Shown here: positions 37,601 to 45,581 of the stretch, in pieces | Layout: the number at the start of each line of letters is the position of its first letter | Numbering within the stretch: position 1 is the stretch's first letter | From: Planctomycetota bacterium | GTDB taxonomy: Bacteria; Planctomycetota; UBA1135; UBA2386 | NCBI GenBank assembly: GCA_947501605.1 | Contig: CANMWZ010000035.1 | Coordinates: 1-48,093 of the forward strand | Direction: 5' to 3' | DNA length: 48,093 nucleotides | Made by a program: the position numbers and the translations under genes | Notes under the pieces: model-generated | The model's input: the letters and a program-made list of their open reading frames with translations, nothing else | Database searches by the model: none | Told to the model about the DNA's origin: nothing

Positions 37601-38393
37601 CATGCGCGGGATCGCGACCAACGATCCCGGCGACTACCCGTTCGAACAGCTCCAGCAGGCAGCCTTCACAGCGACGAGCGGCGGGGCGAGCAGCCTGGTG
37701 CTCGCGGACTTCGCCGCCGACAGCAATCTCATTCCCGTGCGGCTCGAGCTGGCCATGACGGTTCCAACGGATTCGGCGCCGGGTGCTGGGGACGGCAACC
37801 ACGTGCGGTTCTATCGGCTGAACAGTGGCGGAGGCGGCGTTGCGGCGAGCTGGGTCCGCAGTTTTGACGCGACCGGCGCGCGCGCCCTCGCCACCGGCAA
37901 CGCGCCGACGCGGCTCGCCGCCGCCGACTTCGACCGCAGCGGCACCGTGGACTTGATGGTCGCGTGCGACGGCGACGCGTCGCTGCGGGTTTACCTCAAC
38001 AGCGGGCTGCCGGCTGCGAGCGTCGACGAAGTGGCGGTTGGCGCGTTCAACGAGAGCTTTGGTTCGCCGCTGTCGACGGGTCTCGGCCGACACACGTATC
38101 TGCTGCTCGGGGATATCAACGGGGACGGGACCGTGGACGCGCTGCTAGCCACCGAGTCGACCCTCGCCAACGGTCAACTGAGCACGCAGGTTGTCTTCCA
38201 TCTGAGCGCGGGTTCGGGTGAGTTTGAAAACGGCATCCGGGTATCACCGACTCGCCTCGGAAATCGCAACGCCCGCCTCAGCATCGACCTTGGCGACATC
38301 AATCGGGATGCCGTGCCGGACCTCACACTCGGTTGGTTCCAAGGCGGCACGCAGAACGACAACCTGCTCGTGTTGCTCGGCGGCTCGCTCTGA
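34626..38393 (+). CDS. Large lipoprotein with IPT/TIG-like domain and FG-GAP/VCBS repeats
   Basis: LAACG lipobox; P.QGSTRGGT.VTLIG (IPT); repeats GDFDRDGIPDL, ADFDGDGGPDV, ADFDGDGALDI, ADVDSDGRLDL, GDINGDGTVDA, GDINRDAVPDL. Confidence 0.88.
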   Translation: MSSLSRVLLILAFLALPWPLAACGAGIISGAVASNGGNGGGGAPPTLSLPTQAMPLSPIPSVLARTVVIANAAISAGATLQVLLRVPGPQGPDGRPTYLVTANQTAPVLLSGQGTSTVVGFDLATSAIVAVTTAAADVAAQIAVLADGREVAPPLAVTLLAQPRVRLLDGAPVFVSALGGQVVRLACSSLRSIAASGLAVSVTTADATGLAPTVTRPCLRPFFAVHDPDRDPPLLAGERLVTAEVPGNTFVGAATFLVDDAIAGRSVTVAGAYYQPEVQVALPAQGSTRGGTKVTLIGRALLPLAAGVSPGEPDFDALRVQLRKGDRIVDLDPSAVVREGSSLDRLVFFTPPSPDGRPGDVGIALRVTIAAPPKPLLTAEVVARGVFLFANPEPVFGPRGALLDRDPIAVAPISLEGAPASTQATDFAVLYSIGGAAAVQLLAAQENGLFIRFGPTRRIGDPEQAADRSPRDLLSGDFDRDGIPDLLILNEGAAAATLHLVRGQRAPAAPLGLVQRLPCIPGMVKGRVADFDGDGGPDVVLLPGGSASPGQGPVLLRSRVVAGEVSFLPAVAVPVRDYDYDAFEVADFDGDGALDIGVIAGGLLQQIDVAYGDGGGGFAGTALLNFTVPRAGYQPSARSPAVGLHAVGGSPCALTVVLAGLPPLPFSTPPGPAENPTTPPVILLVRPASARIYQQPIASDVLQLVGAIDPFRASLAVNLDGDGAGADELLVGSTGALGQFSLGLFRYDAALGLRVVRVVVDFRPTQVAAFFVGVAFPADPVLQQPSRAGVFVQHELSVDGELERRLSTLLVSRDAADLLLLSPDVVFPVPLAGVIGGRFSEGGLVSDGSVRDVAVPSATQIQLGSNDGFGALSPGRMMVHPGLVPETAAQVPQLPGATDLIAFVDDGGRDGRSDGMLRIGFWQPDPQGLLVQTPTLFSGDIRPFLPTSLRNAAIDSSSHILVADVDSDGRLDLTALLRFVGFVREGESMLLLMRGIATNDPGDYPFEQLQQAAFTATSGGASSLVLADFAADSNLIPVRLELAMTVPTDSAPGAGDGNHVRFYRLNSGGGGVAASWVRSFDATGARALATGNAPTRLAAADFDRSGTVDLMVACDGDASLRVYLNSGLPAASVDEVAVGAFNESFGSPLSTGLGRHTYLLLGDINGDGTVDALLATESTLANGQLSTQVVFHLSAGSGEFENGIRVSPTRLGNRNARLSIDLGDINRDAVPDLTLGWFQGGTQNDNLLVLLGGSL

Positions 38394-38468
38394 CGTCTCC
38401 GGGTCGCCGCAGTTGCAGCGCAACCGCGCGTTGTGGAGTGCGGCGCGCGCACAGTATGGTGCCGCGAA

Positions 38469-39653
38469 ATGCCAAAGTCGTCGCTCGCATCGTTGGCTCC
38501 GTTCGCTGAGCCTGCTTCCCGCATCGACCACCCGCTGCGCTTTGCAATGGTCGGCCATGCCTTCATGGGGCGGGCGCACTCGAACGCGCTGCGGCAAGTG
38601 AACCACTTCTTCGCCCTGCCGCGACTCGTGGTGCCGCAGATCATCGTCGGTCGCGATCCGGAACGGGCGGCGGCGGCAGCCGAGCAGCTCGGGTTCTTCG
38701 AGTCGGCGATCGATCTCGATCACGTGCTGTCGCGCGACGACATCGACGTCGTCGATATCGCAACGCCCAACGACACGCATCACGAGATCGCCATGGCGGC
38801 GCTGAATGCGGGCAAGCACGTGATGTGCGAGAAGCCGCTGGCGATGACGCTCGTGCAAGCCAAGCAGATGGCTGCCCTCGCGAAGAAGAAGAAGCGACGC
38901 GTTGCCGTCTGGCACAACTACCGCCGTTCGCCCGCGACCATGCTGGCCTCCATGATGATCGCGCGCGGCGACATCGGCAGAGTGCGGCAGGTACGCGCGC
39001 TCTATCTGCAAGATTGGCTCGCCGATGCCAGCGTCAAGGCGAGTTGGCGCACCGAGCGCAGGTTGTGTGGCAGCGGCGCGCATGGCGACCTCAACGCCCA
39101 TCTGATCGACCTCACCCGCGCGCTTACCGGCCTCGAGTTCGAGTCCGTTTGCGGGATGCAGCAGACCTTTACCAAGGAGCGTCCTACCGATAGCGGCAAG
39201 GCCAAGGCCAAGGTCGATGTCGATGACGCATTCTGCTTCTTGGCGAAGTTCAAGGGCGGCGCGATCGGCACCTACGAAGCCACGCGCACTGCACCGGGGC
39301 GCAAGAACCACAACCGCATCGAGATCAGTGGCGAACGCGGTTCGATCGCATGGAACCTCGAGCGCATGAACGAACTCGAGGTCTTCCTTGCCGACGAACC
39401 GCGCGATGCCCAAGGCTTTCGCACCGTCATCTGCATGGACTCGGTGCACCCCTATGCCGCCAACTGGTGGCCAGACGGTCACATTCTCGGCTATGAGCAC
39501 ACCTTCGTGCACCACCTCGCGGACTTCGTCATCGCCCTCTGCTCGGGCGAGCCCTTCGCTCCCGGCTTCGACGATGGCGTCGCGGTGCAGGCGGTACTCG
39601 AGGCCGCGCTGCGGTCGGTCAAGCACGGCGGGTTCGTCAAAGTCCCGCGCTGA
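38469..39653 (+). CDS. Gfo/Idh/MocA family oxidoreductase
   Basis: GHAFMGRAH, DIATPNDTH, GKHVMCEKPLA, GDLNAHLID, WWP.GH.LGYEHTF. Confidence 0.93.
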   Translation: MPKSSLASLAPFAEPASRIDHPLRFAMVGHAFMGRAHSNALRQVNHFFALPRLVVPQIIVGRDPERAAAAAEQLGFFESAIDLDHVLSRDDIDVVDIATPNDTHHEIAMAALNAGKHVMCEKPLAMTLVQAKQMAALAKKKKRRVAVWHNYRRSPATMLASMMIARGDIGRVRQVRALYLQDWLADASVKASWRTERRLCGSGAHGDLNAHLIDLTRALTGLEFESVCGMQQTFTKERPTDSGKAKAKVDVDDAFCFLAKFKGGAIGTYEATRTAPGRKNHNRIEISGERGSIAWNLERMNELEVFLADEPRDAQGFRTVICMDSVHPYAANWWPDGHILGYEHTFVHHLADFVIALCSGEPFAPGFDDGVAVQAVLEAALRSVKHGGFVKVPR

Positions 39654-39731
39654 CGCGTACACACATTCTCCCTCGTTCTCGATGAAAGCCGTGCGGACCG
39701 CGTCCGTCGGCCAAGCAGCAGGAGTCCAGCG

Positions 39732-40778
39732 ATGATGAAAGGCCCCGGTATCTTCCTCGCGCAGTTCATGAGCGACCATGCGCCGCTCGACCGCTTCGCC
39801 ACCGCGTGCCGATGGGCAAGCGACCTCGATTACACCGGCGTGCAGGTGCCGACGTGGGACGCGCGTTGCCTCGACCTCAAGAAGGCCGCGGCCAGCAAGT
39901 CGTACTGCGACGACATCCGCGCGATCGCCAAGGACAACGGCGTCGAGATTAGCGAGTTGAGCACGCATCTGCAGGGGCAGCTCGTCGCCGTGCATCCAGC
40001 CTACGCCTCGATGTTCCAGGTCTTTGCGCCGGCCGGCGTCACCACGCCGCAAGCGATGTGCGAGTACGGCAGCGAGCAGGTCAAGCTGTGTCTCAAAGCC
40101 AGCGAGCACATGGGGCTCGAGGCGATGCCGACGTTCAGTGGTGCGCTGATGTGGCACACGGTCTATCCCTGGCCGCAGCGCCCCACAGGGCTCGTCGAAG
40201 AAGGCTTCAAGGAACTCGCGCGCCGGTGGCGGCCGTTGCTGGACTACGCCGAAGACTGTGGCGTGGATTGCGCTTTCGAGATCCACCCGGGTGAGGACTT
40301 GCACGACGGTGCGAGCTACGAGGCGTTTCTCGATCACGTCGACGCGCATGCGCGCGCATGCATCCTGTACGACCCGAGCCACTTCGTCCTGCAGCAGCTC
40401 GATTACTTGGCCTACATCGACCTCTATCACGACCGCATCCGGTGCTTCCACGTCAAGGACGCCGAGTTCCGGCCGAACGGCCGCGTTGGCGTCTACGGCG
40501 GCTACCAGAACTGGCAAAACCGCGCCGGCCGCTTCCGCTCGCTCGGGGATGGGCAAGTCGACTTCACGTCGATCTTCACGCTGCTCACCAAGTACGGCTA
40601 TGCCGGCTGGGCGACGCTCGAGTGGGAGTGCTGCTTCAAGGACAGCCAACAGGGAGCCGAGGAAGGTGCGCCGTTCATCGCGCAGCACATGATCACTCCT
40701 CCCGAACGCGCCTTCGATGACTTTGCCGGCGGCAAGGTCGACAAGGCCGCCGTGCGCCGCGCCCTCGGTCTCGAGTAG
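39732..40778 (+). CDS. Xylose-isomerase-like TIM-barrel (sugar phosphate isomerase/epimerase family)
   Basis: KGPGIFLAQF, FEIHPGEDLHDG, YDPSH, FHVKDAEF, GRFRSLGDGQVDF, LEWECC. Confidence 0.92.
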   Translation: MMKGPGIFLAQFMSDHAPLDRFATACRWASDLDYTGVQVPTWDARCLDLKKAAASKSYCDDIRAIAKDNGVEISELSTHLQGQLVAVHPAYASMFQVFAPAGVTTPQAMCEYGSEQVKLCLKASEHMGLEAMPTFSGALMWHTVYPWPQRPTGLVEEGFKELARRWRPLLDYAEDCGVDCAFEIHPGEDLHDGASYEAFLDHVDAHARACILYDPSHFVLQQLDYLAYIDLYHDRIRCFHVKDAEFRPNGRVGVYGGYQNWQNRAGRFRSLGDGQVDFTSIFTLLTKYGYAGWATLEWECCFKDSQQGAEEGAPFIAQHMITPPERAFDDFAGGKVDKAAVRRALGLE

Positions 40779-40867
40779 TCCCGGTCGCCGGAATCTGGGC
40801 TCGTTCGAGCAGAAAGAACTGGTCGACGTCAACGCGCGCGCAGCGGGCTCCGTATGCCGCCGTCGAC

Positions 40868-42268
40868 ATGGAACAAGCTGCTCCCTTCCCCTCGTCGTCG
40901 TCCGCGGCGGAGGGCGCCGCTCCGGCGGTTGCCTCGACGCCCGCGGCCCCAGTCATGGAGACCGGGCGGCTAGCCACCCTCGACGCCGTGCGCGGGCTTG
41001 CCGTGCTCGGCATCCTAGTGATGAACGTCGTCGAGTTCAGTTGGCCATTCGAGGCCTACGAGAACCCGGCCTACGCCGGCGGCAGCACCGGCGCTGACCT
41101 CGCAACGTGGTTCGTCCAGGCGGTGTTCTTCGACGGCAAGATGCGGGCGCTGTTCTCGATGCTGTTCGGTGCCGGGCTCGTGCTGCTGTCCGATCGCATG
41201 GTGCAGACGGGTCGCGCTGGCTCGGCCGCTGACCTGCTGTTGCGCCGCTGCTTGTGGCTCGTGCCCTTTGGCATGGTGCACCGCTTCGGACTGCAGTGGA
41301 GCGGCGACATCCTTTACCAGTATGGCCTCCTCGGTCTGATCGCGATCCCGTTCCGGAACCTGCGCGCGAGGTCGCTGCTTGTTTGTGGATGCGTGGTCCT
41401 CGCACTCGGCATGTCCGGGAACGTGCTCAACTACACGCGCTTGGTCGCGTTTCGCGATGCGGCGGCCAAGGCCGTTGAGGCCGAACAAAAGGGCGAGGCT
41501 CTGTCCCCAGAAGCAGACGCTTCGCGCAAGCGCTGGCAGGCGCGAGTCAACTCGATCCCACCGGCACCGGAGGCCGTCCAGGTCGAGGTGGCGGCGATGC
41601 GCGGCAGTTACGTCGATGTCTTCGCACACCGCTGGAATCACCATCACACGTTCCAATCGGTCTACCTCTACTACGTCTTCGTGTTCGACGTCCTGGGCAT
41701 GATGTTGCTCGGCATGGGACTGATGCGCATTGGCTTCTTCGGCGGCACCTGCAGCGGTTGGGTTTATGGGGCAGCGGTGATCGGCGGCATCGTCGGCGCT
41801 TGCATTGCAGCGGCGTTGGCGTGGGCCTGGCAGCAAGCGGGGTTTTCGGCGGTGTCCCTGCGCATCTGGCTCTGGCGCGAACTCAGCTATCCGTGGACGC
41901 GGGCCCTCGCGGGCCTTGGCTTTGCGGCGTTGGTCATTCTCACCGTTCGGCGTGGTGGTTTGCGTCGGGTCACCGAGGCGTTGTCGGCCGTCGGTCGCCT
42001 TGCGTTCAGCAACTACGTCCTACAGACCGTCTGTTGCTCGCTTTGGTTCTTTGGCTACGGCTTCGGCTACTACGGCACGCATTCGCGCAGCCAGCTCATG
42101 CTCGTTGTCCTCGCGGTGACGGCGATCCAGTTGGTGTTCAGTGTGCTCTGGCTTCGCCGATTCCGATTCGGACCGCTCGAGTGGGTGTGGCGCTCGTTGA
42201 CCTACTGGCGCATGCAGCCGATGTGTCGCGCGGTGGCCGCTGCTGATGTGGTCACGACAGGGACCTAG
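40868..42268 (+). CDS. DUF418/YeiB family membrane protein
   Basis: LDAVRGLAVLGILVMN, GK..ALFSMLFGAG, GDIL..YG, VGR.AFSNYVLQT, WL..FRFGPLEWVWRSLTY. Confidence 0.92.
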   Translation: MEQAAPFPSSSSAAEGAAPAVASTPAAPVMETGRLATLDAVRGLAVLGILVMNVVEFSWPFEAYENPAYAGGSTGADLATWFVQAVFFDGKMRALFSMLFGAGLVLLSDRMVQTGRAGSAADLLLRRCLWLVPFGMVHRFGLQWSGDILYQYGLLGLIAIPFRNLRARSLLVCGCVVLALGMSGNVLNYTRLVAFRDAAAKAVEAEQKGEALSPEADASRKRWQARVNSIPPAPEAVQVEVAAMRGSYVDVFAHRWNHHHTFQSVYLYYVFVFDVLGMMLLGMGLMRIGFFGGTCSGWVYGAAVIGGIVGACIAAALAWAWQQAGFSAVSLRIWLWRELSYPWTRALAGLGFAALVILTVRRGGLRRVTEALSAVGRLAFSNYVLQTVCCSLWFFGYGFGYYGTHSRSQLMLVVLAVTAIQLVFSVLWLRRFRFGPLEWVWRSLTYWRMQPMCRAVAAADVVTTGT

Positions 42269-42269
42269 T

Positions 42270-44807
42270 TCACTTGCGCACGACGGCTCGCACCGGCCGG
42301 AGGCCGATGGCCGATTCGCGAGCGAACGGGGCGCGGCCAGAGCGCGCCGAGCTGCGGGCACCGGCGGCGCCGCCGAGCGCGCTGCCGCCGCGGACGGAGC
42401 GCAACTCCGGCAACCGCACGGGTGGTGGGAGGACTAGAAGGCCGTCCCGGCTGCGCAGCGTGCAGGTGCTGTAGTCGCACTTCCAGTCGAGGCACCACTC
42501 GGCCGCATTGCCGTGCACGTCGAACAGGCCGAATGCGTTCGCCCGCAGCCGTGCGACCGGCTGGAGCGTGCGGTCGAGTTGCGCCACGGCAGCGAGCGCC
42601 TCGAGCGCTGTGCCCGACCACCATGGCGTCGTCGTGCCGGCGCGGCACGCGTACTCCCATTGCGCCTCGGTGGGCAGGTCCATCCCGAACACGTGCAACG
42701 CGGCGACGGCTTCGGTCCAAGCAACGTCAGTCTGCGGCAAGTCGCTGCCGTCGGCCGAGGCGCTGCCGCCGAGCCGTGCCCATTGCCCGCGGGTGAGTTC
42801 GGTGCGGGCGATGAAGTAGTCATCGAGCATCAGAGCGCGGCCCCCGAGTTCGTCGGTTGCTGCCTGTGGATCGAAGCGCTCCATGCCGACGTCCTCGCGT
42901 TGTGCGCCGAGGTGCAGGTTGCCGCGCAGCACGAGCACGAACACGATGCCGCAATCGGCTGGCGCAAGGAGGTCGCCGCTGGCTTCGCGAGCTGGTGGTG
43001 ATGCTCCGATCGGATGAGTCGAGAGGTCCAGGAACTCGAACAGTCCCGTTCGTGCATTGCGACCGAGCGGCAACAGCCCGGGCTGTGGGCCGAACGCCAT
43101 GCTGCTTCGTTGAAGTTCGTTGGCGATGGAGCGCCATGTCTCCGCGTCGCGCGCGAGCGCTGGTGCGACCACGGTTTCGGCAAACCCGAGCCGCCGTTCG
43201 ACTTCCGAGAAGGCGCCGTCGGCAGCGAAGAAGTTGTCGAGGCCCGTGCGCATTTGCTGCAATGCCTCGACCAGATCGACCTCGCCAGCGTCGGATCCGG
43301 TTGCGCTTGCGGCCCGGGTCCGATCGCGCGTCATCTGTTCGTGACGCTGGTCGAGTTCTTGGTGCAAGGCGCGCATCGGTTCGCCGTGGTCGCGCAGCCA
43401 TTGCTGCATCGCAGTTGCGCGACTTGGCCAGGCGGGGACCAGGGCCTTCTGCTCGGCTTCGGCGCGGCGGAGTCGCTGCTGACCCGCAAGCAATCGGAAG
43501 CCCGCTTCGGCGCGTTGCGCCAGAGAGTCGTGCGCCAGTTTGAGTTCGCTCCGTGCATCCTGCGCCGCCCGCCACTGCTGAAGGCTGACTGCGAGCGCCG
43601 CGAGCAGGAGGAACACGATCGTCACTGCGAGCGCAAACTGAGCGCGATGCCGCTGTGCGAACTTGCGCAGGAGGTACCACGTGTTCGGCGTCGTTGCGAC
43701 GACAGGCTCATGCGCGAGGTGCCGTCGAAGATCGGCGGCGAGCTCGGCAACGGAGGCGTAGCGCTCGTCGCGATCTTTGGCGATGGCGCGCATGGCGATG
43801 CTGTCGAGATCGCCGCGCAGCGCGCCCTGCACCGCGCGCTGTGCGATCTGGCTGGGGCGCGGCGGCACGTGCGTGCGCAAGACCTGAGCGATGCCGGCGA
43901 TGCCCTGTGCACGCAGCACGACGCTGGGGATCGGCAGCTGCTCGGTCAGCAGTTCGTAGAGTTGGACGCCAAGCGAATAGACATCGGTGCGCGTGTCGAT
44001 GGCGCCGAGTTGGCCGGTCGCCTGTTCTGGGCTCATGTACTCCGGCGTGCCCATCAAGGTTCCTTGAAAGGTCAGCGTGCCATCGCCGAGCAGCGGACCC
44101 GCGATCGACTTGGCGATGCCAAAGTCGATGATCTTGGGTTGCGCGTCGTCACCGCTTCCAGCGACGAGCACATTGTTGGCTGAGAGGTCGCGATGCAGGA
44201 TGCCGCGCTGGTGCGCGTGAGTGACGGCGTCGACGACGCGCAGGAACAGTCTGAGTCGCCCCTTCAGGTTCACGTTCGCGCGCCGACAGTGAACGAGCAA
44301 GGGACTGCCAGCCACGTACTCCATGACGAAGTAGGGGCGAGCCGAGGCAGTTTCACCGGAAGCAACGTGGCGGGCGATGCCGGGGTGATCGAGGCGCAGC
44401 AGCGCTTCTCGTTCGGCGGCGAACCGGCGCAGCACTTCGCGCGAGTTCATGCCTTCGTTGAGCAGCTTGATCGCGACGTGCGCGCCACCGTCATCCGGTT
44501 CGCCGAGAAAGACGCTGCCGAAGCCGCCGCGGCCCAGCAACCGCACGATGCGGTAGTTGCCGAGGCGGCGCGGACGGTCCGCGGATTCGTCCAGAGCTTG
44601 GGATGAGCCGGCGTCACCGCCTGCGACGGGCACCCCAGAATCGTGCAGCCAACGCCGGATCTTGCTCGCATGCTCGGGCTCGCGCTCGAGCAGGTGAGCC
44701 AGAACCGTGTCGCGTTCGGCCTCGTCCTGCTCCAGAGCGCGCAGGACCTCGTCTTCGAGGGCTTCGGGCAACGCGTTCTCGCGGTCGCCAGGGCGCCGTT
44801 CGCTCAT
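42270..44807 (-). CDS. Hanks-type Ser/Thr protein kinase fused to FGE-sulfatase (SUMF1) domain
   Basis: GRGGFG, VAIK, HRDLSANN, DFG, GTPEYMSPEQ, TM helix, coiled region, LPTEAQWEYACRAG, NAFGLFDVHGNAAEW, RGGS. Confidence 0.93.
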   Translation of the reverse strand: MSERRPGDRENALPEALEDEVLRALEQDEAERDTVLAHLLEREPEHASKIRRWLHDSGVPVAGGDAGSSQALDESADRPRRLGNYRIVRLLGRGGFGSVFLGEPDDGGAHVAIKLLNEGMNSREVLRRFAAEREALLRLDHPGIARHVASGETASARPYFVMEYVAGSPLLVHCRRANVNLKGRLRLFLRVVDAVTHAHQRGILHRDLSANNVLVAGSGDDAQPKIIDFGIAKSIAGPLLGDGTLTFQGTLMGTPEYMSPEQATGQLGAIDTRTDVYSLGVQLYELLTEQLPIPSVVLRAQGIAGIAQVLRTHVPPRPSQIAQRAVQGALRGDLDSIAMRAIAKDRDERYASVAELAADLRRHLAHEPVVATTPNTWYLLRKFAQRHRAQFALAVTIVFLLLAALAVSLQQWRAAQDARSELKLAHDSLAQRAEAGFRLLAGQQRLRRAEAEQKALVPAWPSRATAMQQWLRDHGEPMRALHQELDQRHEQMTRDRTRAASATGSDAGEVDLVEALQQMRTGLDNFFAADGAFSEVERRLGFAETVVAPALARDAETWRSIANELQRSSMAFGPQPGLLPLGRNARTGLFEFLDLSTHPIGASPPAREASGDLLAPADCGIVFVLVLRGNLHLGAQREDVGMERFDPQAATDELGGRALMLDDYFIARTELTRGQWARLGGSASADGSDLPQTDVAWTEAVAALHVFGMDLPTEAQWEYACRAGTTTPWWSGTALEALAAVAQLDRTLQPVARLRANAFGLFDVHGNAAEWCLDWKCDYSTCTLRSRDGLLVLPPPVRLPELRSVRGGSALGGAAGARSSARSGRAPFARESAIGLRPVRAVVRK

Positions 44808-44872
44808 GGCTCGGATCATGCGGCAGCGATGGTGAGGCTGCAATGTGGCGCGGGCGCCGGTAGCGTTGGTTC

Positions 44873-45532
44873 ATGAATCGAGCTGAGTTCGTGCCGTATT
44901 CGGATCGCCACGATCCTGGAACGACGACAGAGGCGGCCGCGCGCGCCTTCTACGAGACGATGCGCAAGCGTCGGACCGTGCGCATGTTCTCCGAGCAACC
45001 GGTCGAACGTGCGACCGTCGAATGGCTGGTGCGGGCAGCGCACAGCGCGCCCAGCGGAGCTAACAAGCAACCTTGGCGCTTCGTCTGCGTGCAGGACCGG
45101 GCGACGAAGCAACGCATCCGGATCGCGGCCGAGCGCGAGGAGCGCGAGTTCTACGAGCGCCGAGCGAACCACGAATGGCTGCAAGACCTAGCGCCACTGG
45201 GCACCGACCCGGACAAGGGCTTTCTGGAGGTCGCCCCGTGGCTCGTGGTCGTGTTTCAGTTGACGCACCTGGACGATGGCAGCCAGGTCTACTACCTGAA
45301 GGAGAGCGTCGGGCTCGCTTGCGGGTTCTTCCTGGCCGCCGCGCATCAAGCTGGTCTCGCAACGTTGACGCACACGCCGAGCCCGATGGGGTTCCTGCGC
45401 GAGGTGCTCGGGCGGCCCGAGCACGAGCGGCCGTTCCTGCTGATTCCGCTCGGCTACGCCAGTGACGACTGCGTCGTGCCCCGAGCAGCAATCCACCGGC
45501 GTCCGCTCGACGACGTCTTGGTGGTCGTCTGA
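44873..45532 (+). CDS. Nitroreductase-fold flavoprotein, iodotyrosine deiodinase-like
   Basis: RRTVRMFS, APSGANKQPW, AEREEREFY, W..DLAPLGT...K.FLE.AP, YY..ESVG, TLTHTP. Confidence 0.88.
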   Translation: MNRAEFVPYSDRHDPGTTTEAAARAFYETMRKRRTVRMFSEQPVERATVEWLVRAAHSAPSGANKQPWRFVCVQDRATKQRIRIAAEREEREFYERRANHEWLQDLAPLGTDPDKGFLEVAPWLVVVFQLTHLDDGSQVYYLKESVGLACGFFLAAAHQAGLATLTHTPSPMGFLREVLGRPEHERPFLLIPLGYASDDCVVPRAAIHRRPLDDVLVVV

Positions 45533-45581
45533 GCCCACGTGGGGTCGTGGGCGTCGCCCCCTCCCGAGCGGACTGCCAGTC

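Noticed and set aside
38244..40832. 862-aa minus-strand ORF
   Set aside because: Antisense shadow of the Gfo/Idh/MocA and isomerase genes; no motifs; expected in high-GC DNA.
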